From a virus (lineage: Duplodnaviria; Caudoviricetes): a stretch of DNA of 38,902 nt. Below the pieces are notes generated by a model. The model was given only the letters and a program-made list of their open reading frames with translations, was not told the DNA's origin and searched no databases. The translations under genes and the position numbers were made by a program. The DNA lies in IMG/VR virus record IMGVR_UViG_3300032248_000474, positions 1 to 38,902 of that record; one strand, written 5' to 3'. This document shows positions 35,682-38,902 of the stretch, in pieces (position 1 is the stretch's first letter; every line of letters begins with the position of its first letter).

Positions 35682-35682
35682 C
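35668..35682. promoter_or_regulatory. Alphaproteobacterial LexA (SOS) box GAAC-N7-GAAC
   Basis: GAAC-AAATCGT-GAAC overlapping the -35 of the candidate late promoter. Confidence 0.65.
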
Positions 35683-35877
35683 AATAATGTTATATATGGA
35701 TTGAGTATTTTTGGCTTATTACGGTTGATACATTGATACGCTACAAAAAAAAATCAAAATTTGTTCACGGACCCTGCCGAGCTCAACATGGCCCCCGGTC
35801 GGGCCCTGCCACCCCCAGCCCCCCACCCCCCTAGGTAAAAATACTTACTGCGCTGCAGCATGGCACAGTCCTTGATT

Positions 35878-35987
35878 GTGAGACTGGCACGAGGCTTGCT
35901 TGTCGTCTCGAACCGTGGGACTGGCACGCTTTTTGCTTGTCGTCTTATAGCGTGAGACTGGCACGCTTCTTGCTTATATCCCATGCC
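35878..35987 (+). promoter_or_regulatory. Three tandem 37-bp repeats, each with a consensus sigma-54 (-24/-12) element
   Basis: TGGCACG-AGGC-TTGCT (35885), TGGCACG-CTTT-TTGCT (35922), TGGCACG-CTTC-TTGCT (35959). Confidence 0.8.
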
Positions 35988-36003
35988 GTGAGATTGTGTC
36001 TTG

Positions 36004-36124
36004 TGGTTTGGGACATTAGCTGTTTGTTTTAGTTTTGAAATGTCATCCCGATCAGCGGGACACCATTCCGATCAGCGGGACGCTATCCCATGGTTTGGGA
36101 CATTAGCTGTTTGTTTTAGTTTTG
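36004..36124. repeat. 34-bp perfect direct repeat flanking two copies of a small hairpin
   Basis: TGGTTTGGGACATTAGCTGTTTGTTTTAGTTTTG at 36004 and 36091; ATYCCGATCAGCGGGAC at 36045 and 36065. Confidence 0.85.
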
Positions 36125-36441
36125 GGGTTGGCGGGTTGAAAAGTAGGTGCGCGGGGTGTGTGTATCAATGTATCAATGTATAAATTCCAAAAGTACTCAA
36201 CTCATATAAACATAAAAGCTACTACACAATAAATAAGAGTTAATTGATACATTGATACATTTGTTACTAGATTGAAAACATTAGTTTTTTTGTCGTCAAA
36301 ATGTATCAATGTATCAATCCTTCACTGCTACATTATGGCAAAAACATGGCTACGACTAAAGTCTATGCCTCTAGACGCCACAAAAACCACCCGTGAGCGC
36401 CCAAAACCAAACCCGCGCACCCTTGCTACGGAAAAAACAAT

Positions 36442-36456
36442 GTTCCGTATTTGTTC
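36442..36456. promoter_or_regulatory. Alphaproteobacterial LexA (SOS) box GTTC-N7-GTTC
   Basis: GTTC-CGTATTT-GTTC about 100 bp upstream of the first early gene. Confidence 0.65.
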
Positions 36457-36491
36457 ACGTTTACTGCGTACAAATACTTATAGACTATTGT

Positions 36492-36506
36492 TTAACTAGC
36501 ATTTAA
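36492..36506. promoter_or_regulatory. CtrA box TTAA-N7-TTAA
   Basis: TTAA-CTAGCAT-TTAA about 50 bp upstream of the first early ATG. Confidence 0.55.
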
Positions 36507-36554
36507 AAAAACGGCATGCGAAGATCAAATCACGGTAAAGGAAAGGACAAAACA

Positions 36555-36707
36555 ATGACGTCTTTTAAATTTAAATACCAAGGCATCACCGGCATCTGCG
36601 AACGATACAAAGGTGGCGCGTACATTTGGTGGGGCGGCATGGGCTTTCATTTTAGCGCTGCAATTCCCGCTTTACAGCGTGCAATCTTAAAATATGAACC
36701 AAAATAA
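36555..36707 (+). CDS. First early gene, hypothetical, 50 aa
   Basis: Start at ATG 36555 after the AGGAAAGGACAAAACA leader. Confidence 0.7.
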   Translation: MTSFKFKYQGITGICERYKGGAYIWWGGMGFHFSAAIPALQRAILKYEPK

Positions 36708-36724
36708 CAGGAAAGGACAAGACA

Positions 36725-36832
36725 ATGACAGACATACTCACCACATGGTATTATGACGACGACGGCAAAGCGTTCAGCGCCGTCGTCTATATCAACTCAC
36801 CTGCTACTTACTCATGCCTGATCATTTTCTAA
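36725..36832 (+). CDS. Small early protein, 35 aa (MTDILTTWYYDDDGK...CLIIF)
   Basis: Manually translated; conserved AGGAAAGGACAAGACA leader. Confidence 0.6.
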   Translation: MTDILTTWYYDDDGKAFSAVVYINSPATYSCLIIF

Positions 36833-36849
36833 TAGGAAAGGACAATACA

Positions 36850-37233
36850 ATGCCCAATCAATTCTCACGCTACGGCAACACCTTCAGCCTCGATATTATC
36901 AGCGAGCGCACCCTGCGGTCAGAAGATCTGATCGAAGCGTTCAGCGAAGAACTGCACCGCCTTGCACCCTTCAATTATAAGGCCATCCGGTCCGATGGTG
37001 CGGCATGGATCATGAACGAGCGCTTAGGCATCGACACCGACGAGCACCACGAGGATGGCTCTTATATCGTAAACGAACTGATCGACGCCTTGAACGACAT
37101 TGCAAGCAAGCATAATGCTTGGTTCGGCACAATCGAAGGCGATGGCGCGTGCTTTGCTTTCCAATCCTACGACGACGACAACGAAACCTTTGACAATGGG
37201 GAGTACGACGATGACCAGCACATGGTGGCGTAA
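36850..37233 (+). CDS. Acidic early protein, 127 aa
   Basis: Conserved leader; IISERTLRSEDLI..F...L.DALN......WFGTIEGDGACFAF; acidic tail. Confidence 0.8.
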   Translation: MPNQFSRYGNTFSLDIISERTLRSEDLIEAFSEELHRLAPFNYKAIRSDGAAWIMNERLGIDTDEHHEDGSYIVNELIDALNDIASKHNAWFGTIEGDGACFAFQSYDDDNETFDNGEYDDDQHMVA

Positions 37234-37343
37234 TTCCATGGCGGGGTGCAAACAAAGCACCCCAACCCGCCCACCCCGCAAACCATACTTCAAGTATGCG
37301 ACTGTTCGCTAGGCGAACACAATACCAGAAAGGACACAACCCC

Positions 37344-37574
37344 ATGTTTAAGACCATCGTCGCGTCAACTCTTATCGCCATCCTGCTGCAACTGCTAGGC
37401 GCACCCACCTTCTTTGTTATCGTCGTCGGTTTCGGATGGGTGGCATGGTACGGCATAGGCTTTGCTTTCTTCGCATGGGCTTGGGCATTGGAAAGAGCAC
37501 CCGCGTTTACTATGATATTAACCTTGGGTGGTATGTTTCAAGCCTACAAAGCCTTCACCACCTTCACATATTAA
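37344..37574 (+). CDS. Early membrane protein, 76 aa
   Basis: AGAAAGGA leader; two to three hydrophobic segments. Confidence 0.7.
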   Translation: MFKTIVASTLIAILLQLLGAPTFFVIVVGFGWVAWYGIGFAFFAWAWALERAPAFTMILTLGGMFQAYKAFTTFTY

Positions 37575-37591
37575 CAGGAAAGGATAAGACA

Positions 37592-37861
37592 ATGGCACAA
37601 TACAATGGCTGGACAAACTACGAAACATGGCGTGTAAACCTCGAGATCTTCGACGGCACCACACTGCGCGACTTATCACTGCATCGCCGCGATCTTTGGG
37701 AAGTCAAATCAGCGCTGAAGGAATACGCTCAAGAATTGATCGAGCAGGATTGTAAGAATGATTTGACGCTATCATATGCCCGTGCCTTTCTTGATGCAGT
37801 TGATTGGCATGAAATCGCGCAGCATATGATGGAAGAATACGAGCAAGACGAGTCAGTCTAA
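37592..37861 (+). CDS. Early phage protein of the YNGWTNYETW family, 89 aa
   Basis: Conserved leader; YNGWTNYETWRVNL...VDWHEIA motif, common in phage early regions. Confidence 0.8.
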   Translation: MAQYNGWTNYETWRVNLEIFDGTTLRDLSLHRRDLWEVKSALKEYAQELIEQDCKNDLTLSYARAFLDAVDWHEIAQHMMEEYEQDESV

Positions 37862-37863
37862 AG

Positions 37864-37944
37864 TATTATTGCAATCCGATGGCATCCGATGGTAGGGTGC
37901 CATCCAATGGCAATAATGCCGATACAGGAAAGGACAAGACAATG
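37864..37944 (+). ncRNA. Conserved intergenic hairpin plus leader, copy 1
   Basis: Lower stem ATTATTGC/GCAATAAT, 5x5 internal loop, upper stem GATGGCATCC/GGGTGCCATC. Confidence 0.7.
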
Positions 37945-38547
37945 ACCACCACCCTTCTTATGCCCAACGACATCCTGCGTGCTGCTGCGTTGTTCGCAAG
38001 CACTGAAACCGCTCGCTACTATCTGAACGGCGTGTATCTTGAGAGTGTAGGCGACAAGGTGCGCTTGACTGCCACCGATGGCAAGACGCTGTTCACGTCG
38101 CAGGTGCACATGCAAGCGCCCGAAACCATCAAGGTGATCATCCCCACGGCGCTGATCAAGAAGCTGCCTGCAACAAAACCCCAGCATAACTACGTTGACA
38201 TCACCATTAACGGTAATAAGGTGTCGCTCACATATATGGGCATGACCGTGCAAGGTGAGGCCGTCGATGCCACCTTCCCCGACTATCGTCGGATAGTGCC
38301 GAAAGAGCTCGAGACAGGACAAGCGCAGTTTGATCCCGATCAGGTGGTGCTGTTCAAGAAAGCGGGTAAGATACTAGGCGCAGGTGGCGTGCCGGTCTTA
38401 GTGCACAATGGTGGCGGACCTGCTCTCGTTCGCATTGTGCCGAATGATCATTCGAAAGTGTACCAGTGCTTTGGGCTTGTCATGCCCATGACGTCGCACA
38501 AAGCAGATTTGAGCCCTCCCTACACGTCATGGGTGCACGATGCTTGA
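37942..38547 (+). CDS. DNA polymerase III beta-clamp (DnaN)-like protein, shortened, 201 aa
   Basis: FASTETARYYLNGVYLE.....RLTATDGKTL and AVDATFPDYRRIVPK resemble DnaN domain 2 and its linker. Confidence 0.8.
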   Translation: MTTTLLMPNDILRAAALFASTETARYYLNGVYLESVGDKVRLTATDGKTLFTSQVHMQAPETIKVIIPTALIKKLPATKPQHNYVDITINGNKVSLTYMGMTVQGEAVDATFPDYRRIVPKELETGQAQFDPDQVVLFKKAGKILGAGGVPVLVHNGGGPALVRIVPNDHSKVYQCFGLVMPMTSHKADLSPPYTSWVHDA

Positions 38548-38557
38548 TTAACCGCCC

Positions 38558-38636
38558 TTGTGCGATACGATGGCATCCGATGCTATAGGGTGCCATCCGA
38601 TGGCACAATGCCGAAACAGGAAAGGACAAGACCATG
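38558..38636 (+). ncRNA. Conserved intergenic hairpin plus leader, copy 2
   Basis: Lower stem TTGTGC/GCACAA, 5x5 internal loop, same upper stem as copy 1. Confidence 0.7.
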
Positions 38637-38902
38637 CCTCTATTGATCAGCGAGTTCTATAGTATTGTGACACCCGAAAGCGCAGAACAAGGCGACTATG
38701 ACGAAACAGGCACCATGTTCACGCAACAACCCTTCACCTTTCGTGAGCTCGTCGACTATATCGAGCGAGAAGGCTTCGCATACGCTTCGCAATACCCTAT
38801 TAGCGAAGCCCATGACACCGCACAAGTGTGGCTCGAGAATGGCGGCACCCATGACTATTACGACGGCTCCGAAACCTACCGCACCTTGCATTTCGACTAT
38901 AC
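38634..38902 (+). CDS. 5' part of a ~117 aa early hypothetical protein (MPLLISEFYSIVTPESAEQGDY...) continuing at base 102-186
   Basis: Conserved leader before ATG 38634; no stop before the window end. Confidence 0.8.
   Translation, partial: MPLLISEFYSIVTPESAEQGDYDETGTMFTQQPFTFRELVDYIEREGFAYASQYPISEAHDTAQVWLENGGTHDYYDGSETYRTLHFDY
38802..38902. repeat. Terminal redundancy (copy 2), identical to 1-101
   Basis: Direct sequence comparison. Confidence 0.95.

Larger units (their letters stand above)
35608..36318. repeat. Five TGTATCAA double-octamer iterons in both orientations; candidate replication origin
   Basis: Copies at about 35608 (+), 35725-35739 (-), 36161 (+), 36243-36260 (-) and 36301 (+), in AT-rich DNA. 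Confidence 0.7.

Noticed and set aside
35878-35987. 37-bp periodic repeats as a CRISPR array
   Set aside because: Units are contiguous with no unique spacers, and the conserved core is a sigma-54 element.
36004-36124. 34-bp repeat pair as a mini CRISPR array (slight resemblance to type II GTTTTGGGAC ends)
   Set aside because: Only two copies, a 53-bp spacer that is itself internally repeated, and no cas operon.
35754-36499. ORF-track entries 35754..35984, 36001..36183 and 36272..36499 as genes
   Set aside because: They are translations of the repeat/iteron region, without convincing RBS or protein-like composition.
38802-38902. 101-bp terminal repeat as a biological direct terminal repeat
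   Set aside because: It falls in the middle of an ORF and has the look of an assembler overlap. It supports circularity, not the physical genome ends.

Overview
The window is an apparently complete, circularly assembled ~38.8 kb podovirus genome; bases 1-101 are repeated exactly at 38802-38902 and an ORF reads through the junction. The + strand (36555 to the end, then 1-11862) carries small early genes and an APSE-like replication module: GcrA homolog, beta-clamp-like protein, DUF2800 nuclease, SSB-like protein, frameshifted N4/N6 DNA methyltransferase, family A polymerase, primase-helicase, VRR-NUC, SNF2 helicase and endonuclease VII. The - strand (35567 to 11878) carries a P22-like morphogenesis module (TerS, TerL, portal, scaffold, coat, gp4/gp10-like tail proteins, fibres, three ejection proteins) plus holin and M15 endolysin. 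I recognise no integrase, CI-type repressor, tRNA or CRISPR array. The GcrA gene, near-absence of GANTC and alpha-type LexA/CtrA boxes point to an alphaproteobacterial host. The most unusual part is the ~1 kb divergent control region (35570-36555). It holds three perfect tandem sigma-54 elements at a 37-bp period, two LexA boxes (one per arm), a CtrA box, five TGTATCAA double-octamer iterons, a G-quadruplex-type tract and a repeat/hairpin cassette. This suggests a repressor-less phage wired to host SOS, cell-cycle and RpoN regulators. Also notable: an Asp/Asn beta-hydroxylase and GNAT next to an Asn-rich ejection protein, covarying RNA hairpins, a pseudoknot-like leader before the methylase, and a fibre gene with an ATC start. 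All product calls come from motif recognition by eye, not database searches.
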